From an uncultured Gammaproteobacteria bacterium (GTDB lineage Bacteria; Patescibacteriota; Microgenomatia; UBA8517), in NCBI GenBank assembly GCA_964431555.1, contig CAYSJW010000019.1, forward strand, positions 1 to 40,654: a stretch of DNA of 40,654 nt. Direction: 5' to 3'. Position numbers and translations under genes: made by a program. Shown here in pieces: positions 7,457 to 17,504 of the stretch. Every line of letters begins with the position of its first letter. Position 1 is the stretch's first letter. The notes below the pieces were generated by a model. That model ran no database searches. It worked only from the letters and a program-made list of their open reading frames with translations, and was not told the origin of the DNA.

Positions 7457-10138
7457 TTAACATTCGGAATAGGCGCAGGAGTAACACTTCATACAACCCT
7501 CTTCATAAACGAGCGAGCTTGCACCACACAACGGGCAGATATCTGCAATCTTATTAAAATGGATATTATCCTCAAAAGACAACTGCGAAGCTTTAGCTGA
7601 GGTCAAGTTGGACTCAGCGGAAGCCGTTGTGTGGTCGTCACCAAGTTTAACTCGGTCCTGGCGAGCAGGATTCTGCGCCAACATAACAGCTCCAGCTAAG
7701 TCCGACTGGACCCCAGCTTCTAGACCTTCCCCATTTAATTTTTTAAAACTATTATCAGCATAGTCTTTTCCATTTTTATAATCAATCACTGATTCTTTTG
7801 AAGAATTTTTATCTTTTGAAGGAAAAGAAAAGCCATTTATCCTCAAACCCAAATGAGTCGAAATTGCCGCCGCAACAGCATCTGGAAGAGAAAGTATCTT
7901 ATTGTTTCCAAAACCTACCGATCTCCTTCCACCTATGCCTGAGAGCTGTTCAGCAATTTCTTTTGCTCTTTCTACTCTGCTTAAATTACCCTTAAACCGT
8001 AAGGAAGTTGATATTGTCCTACCCAAAGCCTCTGCCATTGCCGTGACATCACTACCCGCCTTTCCAACATTAATAAAAACTTCCAATGGTTCTCCATTCT
8101 CATCTTGATTTATCGTAATAAAAGCATTTCCAACGGGAGTATTTAACTTATATGTTGCGCCATGGACAACAAAAGGTCTAGCCTGGATAGGTTCTTTTTC
8201 CTTTTCAAACTCTTTACTTAAATCATTTTTTAAGCCTAAGTTGATAACCTGCTCGTTCTTGCAACCATCACGGAAAATCGTAATACCTTTACACCCCGTT
8301 CTCCAAGCGCTCAAATATACCTGCCTGACCTCCTCAACACTTGCCTTGTTCTCTAAATTAATAGTTTTACTTACCGCATTTTCAGTATATTTTTGAAAGG
8401 CTGCCTGCATCTTGATATGCCAGCTAGAATCAATTTCATGAGCTGTTCCAAAAATACTCTTTAAATCAGCAGGCAATTCCTCCATACCCCTAACAACACC
8501 TTTCTCTGCCACTTTATTTTTGATATCTTCATCCCAAACTCCCCTTTCTTTAGCCATCCGCTCAAATTTGCTATTAAAAAAGGCAAGTGTTCTATTGATA
8601 TGTTTATCTTTAACAACGTGCTGAAAAGCAACTGCGAAAAGAGGTTCAATCCCGCTTGAAGTCCCGGCAATGATTGAAATTGAACCTGTTGGTGCAATCG
8701 TAGTTAAAGTCGAATTTCGTCTTGGTTCTTCATTTTTATAGATACTCAAAGGCCACAAAGGAAACGCTCCTCTTTCTTTAGCCAAATCTCTTGATGCCAA
8801 AACTGCTTCCTCATATATTGTTTTCATTACCTCCTCCGCCAGATTCAATGCCTCATCAGAATCGTATGGAATTCCCAAATCCACAAGCATATCAGCCCAG
8901 CCGCCCACTCCTAATCCAATTCTTCTTATCGCCAATGAAACTTTTCTTATTGACTCTAAAGGATAGGGATTAACCTCAATCACATTATCCAAAAATCTAA
9001 CCGATTTCCTAACCACTTTCTTCAACTTAACCCAGTCAACTTCCTTTTTACCTTTTTCATTTGTCACAAAATAGGTTAAAAATATACTTCCCAGATTGCA
9101 GGAATCGTAAGGATAAAGCGGTTGCTCACCACAGGGGTTGGTGGATTCAATAGGACCTAAAGAAGGCACAGGATTGGATAAACTCTGATTAATTCTATCA
9201 ATGAAAATAATACCGGGGTCTCCCGTTTTCCAAGCCGCCTCAACTATTTCATTAAAGACCTTTCTAGCATTAAGGGAGGATACCTTCTTCCCGTTTCTCG
9301 GATCGATTAAATCATAATCCCTGTCATCTTCGTAGGCCTTCATAAACTCATTGGTTACAGCAACCGAAATATTAAAATTCGTAATTCCTCCAGTTTCCTT
9401 ACAATGAATAAATTCCAAAATATCAGGGTGATCAATTCTTAAAATTCCCATGTTTGCTCCTCTTCTTTTTCCACCTTGCTTGACCTCATTTGTAGCGGCA
9501 TCAAAAATTCTCATAAAAGATACAGGTCCTGAAGCAATACCACTACTTGTCCTAACCCGCGATCCCTTAGGCCTAAGTCTGCTAAACGAAAATCCTGTCC
9601 CTCCACCGGTTTTGTGTATCATCGCTTGATACTTAATGGCATCAAATATACCCTCCATTGAATCCTCAACCGGAAGTACAAAACAAGCAGAATATTGCAA
9701 CCCATTTCCAGTCCCGGCGTTCATCAATGTTGGAGAATTCGGTAAAAACTCACGACTTACCATTAAATGATAAAAATCCCTTGCTTTGTCTAAAACCTCT
9801 TTCCTGCTGACTCCCCAATAAGCTTCAGCCGAAGCCACTTCCCAAGCAACCCTCCAAAGCATTTCTTCAGGAGTTTCTATTAATTTTCCTTCTTCATCTT
9901 TCATCAAATAACGCTCTTGCAAAACACTTAATGCCTGCTGAGTCCAATTACCATCAGGTAAATCACTGGGTTTTTTTGGTCTAGATCCCACCCTTTTTGA
10001 AATAATCTTTCTTAATTCTTCGTAAGGAGTTAGCTTTATATTCTCCAAATTTATCTTTTCATTATCTTTTATATCAATCAAGATAGTATCGGGAGACATT
10101 TTCTTATTTAGCTTTCGTTTTATAGTCTTCGTTTTCAT
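7457..10138 (-). CDS. nrdJ: Class II (adenosylcobalamin-dependent) ribonucleotide reductase
   Basis: FLPNSPTLMNAG, SACFV, GGGTG, TNPCGEQ, CNLGS, RRIGLGV, TIAPTG, SKTIN; C-terminal TSCPD-like region (ILSLPDA) and CPLC...CMKCYSC. Adjacent to pduO and nrdR. Confidence 0.95.
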   Translation of the reverse strand: MKTKTIKRKLNKKMSPDTILIDIKDNEKINLENIKLTPYEELRKIISKRVGSRPKKPSDLPDGNWTQQALSVLQERYLMKDEEGKLIETPEEMLWRVAWEVASAEAYWGVSRKEVLDKARDFYHLMVSREFLPNSPTLMNAGTGNGLQYSACFVLPVEDSMEGIFDAIKYQAMIHKTGGGTGFSFSRLRPKGSRVRTSSGIASGPVSFMRIFDAATNEVKQGGKRRGANMGILRIDHPDILEFIHCKETGGITNFNISVAVTNEFMKAYEDDRDYDLIDPRNGKKVSSLNARKVFNEIVEAAWKTGDPGIIFIDRINQSLSNPVPSLGPIESTNPCGEQPLYPYDSCNLGSIFLTYFVTNEKGKKEVDWVKLKKVVRKSVRFLDNVIEVNPYPLESIRKVSLAIRRIGLGVGGWADMLVDLGIPYDSDEALNLAEEVMKTIYEEAVLASRDLAKERGAFPLWPLSIYKNEEPRRNSTLTTIAPTGSISIIAGTSSGIEPLFAVAFQHVVKDKHINRTLAFFNSKFERMAKERGVWDEDIKNKVAEKGVVRGMEELPADLKSIFGTAHEIDSSWHIKMQAAFQKYTENAVSKTINLENKASVEEVRQVYLSAWRTGCKGITIFRDGCKNEQVINLGLKNDLSKEFEKEKEPIQARPFVVHGATYKLNTPVGNAFITINQDENGEPLEVFINVGKAGSDVTAMAEALGRTISTSLRFKGNLSRVERAKEIAEQLSGIGGRRSVGFGNNKILSLPDAVAAAISTHLGLRINGFSFPSKDKNSSKESVIDYKNGKDYADNSFKKLNGEGLEAGVQSDLAGAVMLAQNPARQDRVKLGDDHTTASAESNLTSAKASQLSFEDNIHFNKIADICPLCGASSLVYEEGCMKCYSCAYSEC

Positions 10139-10149
10139 TTAATCTTTTT

Positions 10150-10590
10150 TTATGTCTTTATTGCTTTTGCAAAATCCTCTAAATCTTCAAATTCTAAATA
10201 AACACTTGCAAATCTTAACCATGCAACTTTATCAATCTTCTTTAATCGCCTTAAAACCGCTTTTCCAATCGCTCTTGAGCTAACTTCTTCCTTTTCCTTT
10301 CTCAACATTTCCTGCTCGATCTGCTCTGTAATATCATCAACCAAATCCAAGGAAACCGGTCTTTTCTCCAGACTTCTCAAAATTCCCCTTTTAACTTTTT
10401 CTCTATCAAAAGGTTCTCTTCTTCCATCCTTTTTGATTACCCAAATTGCAGTTCCCCTAATTCTCTCGTAAGTTGTAAACCTCTTATCACACTTGATACA
10501 CTCTCTTCTTCGCCTAATAGACTTCCCTTCCTCTACACTTCTTGATTCTAATACCTTCGTTTTCAAGCTCCTGCAAAAGGGACATCTCAT
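10150..10590 (-). CDS. nrdR: Transcriptional repressor NrdR
   Basis: MRCPFC...IRRRRECIKC..RFTTYE zinc ribbon, ATP cone, RFASVY. Confidence 0.97.
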   Translation of the reverse strand: MRCPFCRSLKTKVLESRSVEEGKSIRRRRECIKCDKRFTTYERIRGTAIWVIKKDGRREPFDREKVKRGILRSLEKRPVSLDLVDDITEQIEQEMLRKEKEEVSSRAIGKAVLRRLKKIDKVAWLRFASVYLEFEDLEDFAKAIKT

Positions 10591-10697
10591 AAATCCAATA
10601 AATAGTTAGTCAATATATTTAGCCCAAAAATAACTTAAAAACAACTCCCAATTTACCTATTTTACAAAATACCTAATTTTCACAAGTGTAAAAAAAT

Positions 10698-10745
10698 TCG
10701 CTACAAGTAGTGACATGAAAGATGATTAAACACTAGATATATAAA
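10698..10745. promoter_or_regulatory. Tandem NrdR boxes upstream of nrdR-nrdJ-pduO
   Basis: tcgCtAcAagTaGtga (10698-10713) and acaCtAgATaTataaa (10730-10745) partly match the consensus acaCwAtATaTwGtgt. Starts are 32 bp apart, typical tandem spacing. Confidence 0.7.
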
Positions 10746-10922
10746 GTCAACTACCAACTTTTATGTCAAAATATATCAAGCTAGCTTTAACGCAAAGCTA
10801 AAATTTTAACGACAAAATTTACTTCTCAAAATAACCAACCAAGACAATGAAAATAATCTTTATTCCTTTTTGAAATTTCCACTTTATAACCCCAGTAAGA
10901 TTTACTCAATAATTTTAAATTT

Positions 10923-11549
10923 TTACCAATCGAAGGGATTATCAGGAGGAGTTTTCATCTTTTCTAAAATTCCATTTCTTGCTCTTTCGTAAGATTTTTT
11001 AGGATATTCTTGAATACTCAAGATAAGAGGAACTGTGTCCTCAGGTACAAATTCCAAAAGTTCCCTTATTACTTGGTAATGTTTGAGGGAAGAATTTGCC
11101 AATGCATAAAGCAAATCCGTTGTATCATAACCTTTCCTTCTGATAATCTCCTCCTCCAAACTCGCTTCCTCCAGATATTTTTCTGCCTTGGTTAGAGTGG
11201 TTAAAGCTTCACTGGCTTTCTTTTTCTTAAAAAGAATTTCTGATGCCCCCAACCTTTTATCGGCAAATAAAATTTTCAATTCAATCCTCCTCTTAGAATC
11301 AGTGGTAATCATCAGCCAAAACCTATCTCTTAAAGCTTTAAGGCTCCATAAAGGACTGTCTGGCAGAACCCTACCGGGATAAGCCAAAAAGTAATCTATT
11401 TTTAATCCTCTAGATTCATCTTGATTTTTTTGATCCCTCAAAGTACCACTTACTTCATACTTTACTGACGCAGTTCTCAAAACAGAAATAAGAAGAATGG
11501 CAAAAGCAAAAAATAACGTCAAAGAATAAATTCCTATCTTTCTCCACAT
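10923..11549 (-). CDS. DUF5667-like membrane-anchored helical protein
   Basis: N-terminal TM helix; VLPDSPLWSLKALRDR...ADKRL motif. Confidence 0.7.
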   Translation of the reverse strand: MWRKIGIYSLTLFFAFAILLISVLRTASVKYEVSGTLRDQKNQDESRGLKIDYFLAYPGRVLPDSPLWSLKALRDRFWLMITTDSKRRIELKILFADKRLGASEILFKKKKASEALTTLTKAEKYLEEASLEEEIIRRKGYDTTDLLYALANSSLKHYQVIRELLEFVPEDTVPLILSIQEYPKKSYERARNGILEKMKTPPDNPFDW

Positions 11550-11591
11550 CAAAGTGTAGGTTAATTCTATAACTTGCTTTCAGATAATACA

Positions 11592-11695
11592 AGTAAAAAT
11601 CCACAACCTAAAGGCTGTAGATTTCTTGGTTTGACTTAAACTACTCTACTTAAATGTGCTAAAGTACACGGCTCTATTTATTAGATGTAGTAAAA
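11592..11695. repeat. ~100-bp double-hairpin dispersed repeat, copy 1 (degenerate)
   Basis: aaatccacaacc-taaa-ggctgtagattt hairpin followed by cttggtttgacttaaactactctac...gctaaag...tagatgtagtaaaa. Colinear with 17503-17602. Confidence 0.8.
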
Positions 11696-11698
11696 CAA

Positions 11699-12346
11699 TC
11701 ACCTGAAAAAAACAATCGGCCATTCCCAAAAAACATGAAGAAGAATTGATGAAACTATATTCTTGGTTCTGGCATAAATTAAAGCAGAAGCCATACCAAA
11801 AATTGTTGTCAAGAAGATAAAACTTAAAACTCCAGCCAAACTAAGTTGCCACCAAAAAAGTGCTATCGGGATATGAACCAACGCCCAGAGAAAACTGGTT
11901 ATTATATTTGCCCACAACTCATTTTTCAAAATATGCCAGATTCTACCAAAAATATAGCCTCTAAAGGTCAATTCTTCGGATAATGCTGTTATAAAAGATA
12001 TTAAAAGAGCCGAAGTTAGGGAATTACTTGCCAGATTAGCCGAAAAATTTATGCCTTTATATTTAACAATATTTATCAAAAAACCTTCAACAGCAAAAAC
12101 AAAACCTAAAGTTACCGAAAAATAAATTGAGGGAAAAAAATTTTTTGTGGTTAGACCTATTGATGATAAATCTGCTTTTTCCTTACGTAAAAGATAAAAC
12201 ATCGGCAAAAGCCACATTATCGGCTTAATAACCACTTCTTCTACTTCCTCCGGAAGTTTAAATAATAAACGATAAAATCCCCAAAAAATTACAAGATAAA
12301 CGACTAGTATTGTTACATGCTTTACAATAATTTCCTTTTTGGGCAT
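11699..12346 (-). CDS. CPBP (CAAX protease / Abi family) intramembrane glutamic protease
   Basis: Multi-TM; SEELTFRG (EExxxR), LWALVH, LLHVFW motifs. ATG at 12346 preferred over the TTG at 12367. Confidence 0.88.
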   Translation of the reverse strand: MPKKEIIVKHVTILVVYLVIFWGFYRLLFKLPEEVEEVVIKPIMWLLPMFYLLRKEKADLSSIGLTTKNFFPSIYFSVTLGFVFAVEGFLINIVKYKGINFSANLASNSLTSALLISFITALSEELTFRGYIFGRIWHILKNELWANIITSFLWALVHIPIALFWWQLSLAGVLSFIFLTTIFGMASALIYARTKNIVSSILLHVFWEWPIVFFR

Positions 12347-12408
12347 AAACAAAGCTAATAAAAGCAAAAACTCCCTTCCAAATAATTATACTCTAATTTA
12401 TAAATCGC

Positions 12409-12906
12409 TTACTCTTTAAGATTCATTTTACACCCGCTGTAAGCTAAATCCATAGTTAAAAGTATCTTCTGGTAAATCCTTTTAGCTTCTTCGTAATCAA
12501 TTACATTTCTTTCCTTAGGAAACCAATGAAAAAGAAGATTCCTACCCTCCTTCCAAGTCTCCCATAATAAATTCGGCAGGGTGTCTCCTCCGCAAAAATC
12601 AACCAATTTATCATAGACGCTTTCATTTTCTCGAAAATCCTTTTCCAAATTTGGGTTTAGAGCTCTGCCTATTCTAAACCTTTTGCCAAAATATTCTTCA
12701 GCGCCAATTAAACCTAGATCGTAAAATAGCGTTTTCAGATAACCTTCATATGCTTTTGCCGCCGGAAAAACCAAAAAAGCATAATCGTGAAACTTTTCCT
12801 TCCAACTTCTTATTTTTTTAATTAAGATCTCACTTTCTCTTAAAAGATCTTTCAAATCATCATGAATATAATTCCACCAAATATGTTTTTCTAAAGCCTT
12901 TTCCAT
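12409..12906 (-). CDS. Stand-alone HEPN-domain protein resembling the RnlA/LsoA C-terminal RNase domain
   Basis: DYAFLVFPAAKAYEGYLK helix plus GRNLLFHW (R-x4-H), the motif pair typical of RNase LS-type HEPN domains. Confidence 0.6.
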   Translation of the reverse strand: MEKALEKHIWWNYIHDDLKDLLRESEILIKKIRSWKEKFHDYAFLVFPAAKAYEGYLKTLFYDLGLIGAEEYFGKRFRIGRALNPNLEKDFRENESVYDKLVDFCGGDTLPNLLWETWKEGRNLLFHWFPKERNVIDYEEAKRIYQKILLTMDLAYSGCKMNLKE

Positions 12907-12918
12907 ATTCAAACCAAT

Positions 12919-13365
12919 TCAGTTAATTTTTATTGTAACAGAAATTAAGCTTTTTCCCTTTTCTCCCAGAAAAACACCAGCAAAACCATCGCATCTATCA
13001 TTTTTAAAAGAGAATGTAAGAGATTCACTGGACGAAAAATTATCAACAACCTCCCACCCATTCAGTCTTAATTCGGATTTTATATTTTCAAAAACTAGCT
13101 CTTTTTCTTTCCTAACTTCCCAAATATAGGACTTGCCCTTATGATCATCACTTTCAGCGGAAGTTATAAGTTCCAAATCATTTAAAATAGGAAAATCACA
13201 GAGTAAACTACTGTTATCACTCGGGAGTATAATTTCATTTTTTATTTCTTTTTTAACCTTCCAACTTTCTTGACTTTTTAAAATCAATATAAATAAAATA
13301 ATCAATCCTAACGACAAAAGTGCCAGTAGAAAATAATTCCTGCTTAACTTTTTTCTGTTTCTCAT
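12919..13365 (-). CDS. Hypothetical single-pass membrane/exported protein
   Basis: 148 aa; basic N-terminus, TM helix, small extracytoplasmic domain (ELRLNGWEV). Confidence 0.65.
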   Translation of the reverse strand: MRNRKKLSRNYFLLALLSLGLIILFILILKSQESWKVKKEIKNEIILPSDNSSLLCDFPILNDLELITSAESDDHKGKSYIWEVRKEKELVFENIKSELRLNGWEVVDNFSSSESLTFSFKNDRCDGFAGVFLGEKGKSLISVTIKIN

Positions 13366-13425
13366 CTCAAATAAATTAAAATCTTAACTAATACTCCAAA
13401 ATCAAGGAGGGTATAATCAAATATT

Positions 13426-15825
13426 ATGCCAAGAAAAATGAAAAAACTAAACCAGAATTTAAAAACAGATCATCCAATCTCCAAAAGAAAAAGAAAGGAA
13501 ACCAAATCCTCCACAACAGTTCGTTTTAAAAAAATTATTTCTCAACTCACTGAAAGAAAAAGCAAATTTCTGGATAAAATAGCCTCCAAAAAAAGTAAAA
13601 AGAAATCAGAAAAGAAAAAAATAAAAACTCTACTCCAAAAAGTAACGAAAAATCCAAAACCAATAAAAAGACTAATCTACTGGGGTAGCTTGTTTTTGCT
13701 TTTTGTTTGGATTTTTTGGAAAACTCCCCTGCCAAGTAATCTCCTTTCAGAAAATGTACCCATTTCTACAAAAATATACGATAGAAATGGGAAATTAATC
13801 TATGAAATATACGCAGATAGGAGAAGTAACCCTATCAAACTAGAAGAAATACCCGATTATGTTAAATGGGCAACTATTGCCATAGAAGACAAGGATTTTT
13901 ACAAACACTACGGTGTTTCTTTCACTGGAATTGTACGCGCTATATACAAAACATTGGTCGAAAAAAAGCTCCAAGGAGGATCTACCCTAACCCAGCAGCT
14001 TGTCAAAAACTCACTTTTAACTCCAGAAAGAACTTTGAAAAGAAAAATTAGAGAATTTGCACTTACTTTAATTGTCGAAACAATATACAGCAAAGACCAA
14101 ATACTTGAACTTTATTTGAATCAAATCCCCTATGGAGGTACCTCATATGGAATAGGAGCAGCAGCAGAAATTTATTTTGGGAAAAATGCAAAAGATTTAA
14201 CTTTAGCTGAAGCTGCACTTTTAGCCGGACTACCTGCATCCCCATCTAAATTCTCCCCCTTCGGCGCACATCCAGAGCTAGCCAAAGGAAGACAAGAAGC
14301 TGTCCTAAAACGCATGGTGGCAGATAAATATATCTCGCAAGAAGAAGCTGATAAAGCTAAAGATGAGGAACTAAAATTCACTCAACCTGAAAAGCTTATA
14401 GCTCCTCATTTTGCCCTCTGGATAAAAGGAATTCTTGCCAACGAGTACGGAGAGGCTGTTACCGAAAAAGGCGGGCTACGCGTCTACACAACTTTAGATC
14501 TAGAATTGCAAGATTTTGCAGAAAAGGCTGTTGCCTCAGAAGTTGGAAAATTAAAAAAACAAAAAGTCAAAAACGGGGCAGCTTTGGTAACCCGCCCCAA
14601 AACCGGAGAAATTCTAGCCATGGTAGGCTCTAAAGATTATTTTGCTGAGGATGAAGACGGTAAGGTTAATATTATCTTTTCTAAAAGACAGCCCGGATCA
14701 GCAATAAAACCCTTAAACTATGCCCTTGCCCTTAGAGACAGAAAAATAACTCCATCTACTCCCCTAGCCGATGTGCCCACCTGCTTCAATGTTCAAGGTC
14801 AAAATCCCTATTGTCCAAAAAACTATGATGGAACCTTTCATGGAGCGGTCCAGGTTAGATTTGCACTTGGAAACTCTTACAACATCCCGGCTGTGAGAGT
14901 TTTAGCTCTTAATGGTATTGAAAAATTTATTGATTTCTGCAAAAAAATGGGAATTACTACCTTTTCCGATCCAAAGAATTATGGATTATCTTTAACACTA
15001 GGAGGAGGTGAAGTAATGCCTTATGATATGGCTCAAGCCTTTGGAGTTTTTGCCAATAGAGGAATTAGACAGCCCCTCATAGCCATAACCAAAATTACTG
15101 ACTGGAAAGGAAAAGTTTTGCAAGAAATAAATATCAAAGAAGTTGAACTTTCGGGAGAAAGGGTTTTAGATCAAAACGTTTCATTTTTAATTTCCCACAT
15201 ACTTCATGATAACAATGCCAGATCTGCCGCCTTCGGAGAAAACTCATACCTAGTGGTCAAAGGTCATCCTGAAGTTTCTGTCAAAACAGGAACAACCAAT
15301 GACCGGCGCGACAATTGGACTATTGGTTATACTGAACACGCTTTAGTTTTAACCTGGGTTGGTAATAACGACAACTCAGAAATGAGCGGTGCTGTTTCCG
15401 GAGTATCAGGAGCATCTCCTATTTGGAATACTATCATGAAAACGGTTTTGGATAAAGCAGAAAAAGGATTTTACGACAAAAACGAAAAAGATCACGCCTG
15501 GCCCAAACAACCTCAAGGAGTTATTGGAGCAAGTGTATGTGCAACCACAGGAAACCTGCCCGATGACCCAAATAATCCCGATTGCCCCATCAGATTTGAA
15601 TATTTTCTAGAAGATAAAATTGGGGCAGGGATAGAAACTGGAAGTAAAGATATAGAAGTATTCAAAGACACAGGACAACTTGCCAACGAAGAAGCTCTAC
15701 CCGAACAAAAAGAGGCTCAAAACCACCCCTTTTTGCTTGACCCACTAGGAACACTCGTTTGTCTTGATTGCCCAATTACCTCTTCATCAGCCAAAATAAA
15801 TTATCCCCTAATTACAACTAGGTAA
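13426..15825 (+). CDS. Class A penicillin-binding protein (PBP1A-like transglycosylase/transpeptidase)
   Basis: GT51 motifs EDKDFYKH, GGSTLTQQLVKN, RKIRE, KDQILELYLN; transpeptidase GSAIK, SYN, KTGT. Confidence 0.95.
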   Translation: MPRKMKKLNQNLKTDHPISKRKRKETKSSTTVRFKKIISQLTERKSKFLDKIASKKSKKKSEKKKIKTLLQKVTKNPKPIKRLIYWGSLFLLFVWIFWKTPLPSNLLSENVPISTKIYDRNGKLIYEIYADRRSNPIKLEEIPDYVKWATIAIEDKDFYKHYGVSFTGIVRAIYKTLVEKKLQGGSTLTQQLVKNSLLTPERTLKRKIREFALTLIVETIYSKDQILELYLNQIPYGGTSYGIGAAAEIYFGKNAKDLTLAEAALLAGLPASPSKFSPFGAHPELAKGRQEAVLKRMVADKYISQEEADKAKDEELKFTQPEKLIAPHFALWIKGILANEYGEAVTEKGGLRVYTTLDLELQDFAEKAVASEVGKLKKQKVKNGAALVTRPKTGEILAMVGSKDYFAEDEDGKVNIIFSKRQPGSAIKPLNYALALRDRKITPSTPLADVPTCFNVQGQNPYCPKNYDGTFHGAVQVRFALGNSYNIPAVRVLALNGIEKFIDFCKKMGITTFSDPKNYGLSLTLGGGEVMPYDMAQAFGVFANRGIRQPLIAITKITDWKGKVLQEINIKEVELSGERVLDQNVSFLISHILHDNNARSAAFGENSYLVVKGHPEVSVKTGTTNDRRDNWTIGYTEHALVLTWVGNNDNSEMSGAVSGVSGASPIWNTIMKTVLDKAEKGFYDKNEKDHAWPKQPQGVIGASVCATTGNLPDDPNNPDCPIRFEYFLEDKIGAGIETGSKDIEVFKDTGQLANEEALPEQKEAQNHPFLLDPLGTLVCLDCPITSSSAKINYPLITTR

Positions 15826-15867
15826 ACTCCTAATGAATAAGAGTAAATAATAGTGTAAGATAAAACT

Positions 15868-16593
15868 ATGGATAAAATTAAAGATAGTTTTAGCCCTGCT
15901 AATACACCCGTACCGAGCGATGTGATTATTGATAATTTAAACCCAAAACCAGAACAATCATTTTCTGAAACTCAACCACAGTTAGTATCAGAAACAGCCA
16001 CTAAATTTCCACTTCCCAGAAACAAAAATCAGAAAAAATTATCCTTTGGATTAATATTACTGTTTGCAGTTATTATCAGTGGAGGATATTTCCTCCTTCA
16101 AAACAAAAAAATTGAAACAACAAAGGAAAAGTTAATACAGAAAAATTTACCTTCAAAATCCGATTCAATTACAGAATGGAAAACATTTAAGAATGAAGAG
16201 CTAGGAATTACCTTCAAATATCCTTCAGATTGGCCGGATGCACAAGTAAATCAACAGTCTACCAGGACAGAGATTAACATTGGGAATGTTATGTATATTA
16301 TAGCTGGAAGATATTATAACCAAGATTTGCAAAGAGAAATGACCTACCGAGAACTTATAGATGAAACCAAGAAACACGCAATAATTATAAGTGACATTAC
16401 AATTGATCCTTATAAAGGTAAATTATTCCGATACCCACCGAAACAAGATAAAAACATCGACGAAGTACTATTAGCTTTGTCTGACGATTCAATAGACGTA
16501 ATAATTATTAGTTTTAGTTATCCTTCAGAAAATCCCAATGAGTCAAAAGTATTCAAACAAATCCTCTCCACATTTAAATTTATTAAAAACTGA
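15868..16593 (+). CDS. Membrane-anchored PsbP-like domain protein
   Basis: TM helix then WKTFKNEELGITFKYPSDW...FKQILSTFKF, the characteristic termini of this family. Confidence 0.75.
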   Translation: MDKIKDSFSPANTPVPSDVIIDNLNPKPEQSFSETQPQLVSETATKFPLPRNKNQKKLSFGLILLFAVIISGGYFLLQNKKIETTKEKLIQKNLPSKSDSITEWKTFKNEELGITFKYPSDWPDAQVNQQSTRTEINIGNVMYIIAGRYYNQDLQREMTYRELIDETKKHAIIISDITIDPYKGKLFRYPPKQDKNIDEVLLALSDDSIDVIIISFSYPSENPNESKVFKQILSTFKFIKN

Positions 16594-16682
16594 AAGTGGG
16601 TATAAAATAAATTAGAAATAAAATCTTTTAAATCCCTTGAAAAACAAAAACTTTTAATACCTTTATAGTAAAATCGATATAA

Positions 16683-17504
16683 ATGGAAGATAAACACATC
16701 TACACTACCTCTAATTGGACTAAATTAAAAGATAAACTCAATTATTTGTTCAAAGAAATAAAAGAAACTTCAAAAAATCTCCTTCCTAAAAAATCAAAAC
16801 CTACTATCAGCCAGACAATAACAAAAAAAGAAGATAGAATAAAAATTCAGCAAACTTCCATCTCGCAATCAGTAATAAAAAATCGCCCTCCAAAACCAAA
16901 ATTCGAAAAGATAAGAAAAACCAAAGAAGAAATTAAACACTTAAGAAAATTAGACCAAGAAACCTCGCTCAAAATTCTATCTATCGGTCTTTCAGTTTTA
17001 ATAATTTTAATATTCGGACTGGGAATATTTTTAACCTATAAAAATAATTTAAATAAAAAAGCCAATTCAAGAATCTCCACCAAAGGGAATTTTACCCAAA
17101 CCACTCCATCCTCCAATTGGAAGATATACTCAAACAACCAATACCAGTTCTCATTCAAATATCCAACCTATTACCAAATACAAGAATCTAATTTGGGAAA
17201 CGGTGATTTTAAAGTTTTCCTAGTCACAAATCCAATGGAGCAAACAGCAAGAGGTATAACCGTAATAAATAACCAGACTTTACCAGAGGTAATTGAAAAA
17301 ATTAAAACAAATCAAAAACAAGGAGAACAGATAATAGAGGAGAAAAGTATTGTTATAGACAATAATAATGCCAAACTTTTCGTTACCAAAACAATAAAGG
17401 GGCCGGAAAAGGCTAATATCATCCTGATAGAAAAATACAATAAAATCTATCGCTTCGATTGGCTTGATAACCAAATTCTTGCCACTTTTAAATTTATTGA
17501 ATAG
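16683..17504 (+). CDS. Membrane-anchored PsbP-like domain protein (paralogue)
   Basis: TM helix then WKIYSNNQYQFSFKYP...NQILATFKF. Confidence 0.75.
   Translation: MEDKHIYTTSNWTKLKDKLNYLFKEIKETSKNLLPKKSKPTISQTITKKEDRIKIQQTSISQSVIKNRPPKPKFEKIRKTKEEIKHLRKLDQETSLKILSIGLSVLIILIFGLGIFLTYKNNLNKKANSRISTKGNFTQTTPSSNWKIYSNNQYQFSFKYPTYYQIQESNLGNGDFKVFLVTNPMEQTARGITVINNQTLPEVIEKIKTNQKQGEQIIEEKSIVIDNNNAKLFVTKTIKGPEKANIILIEKYNKIYRFDWLDNQILATFKFIE

Noticed and set aside
7457-10138. Intein or intron in nrdJ
   Set aside because: Motifs at the usual insertion points (SACFV, TNPCGEQ) are uninterrupted and no splice-junction motifs are evident.
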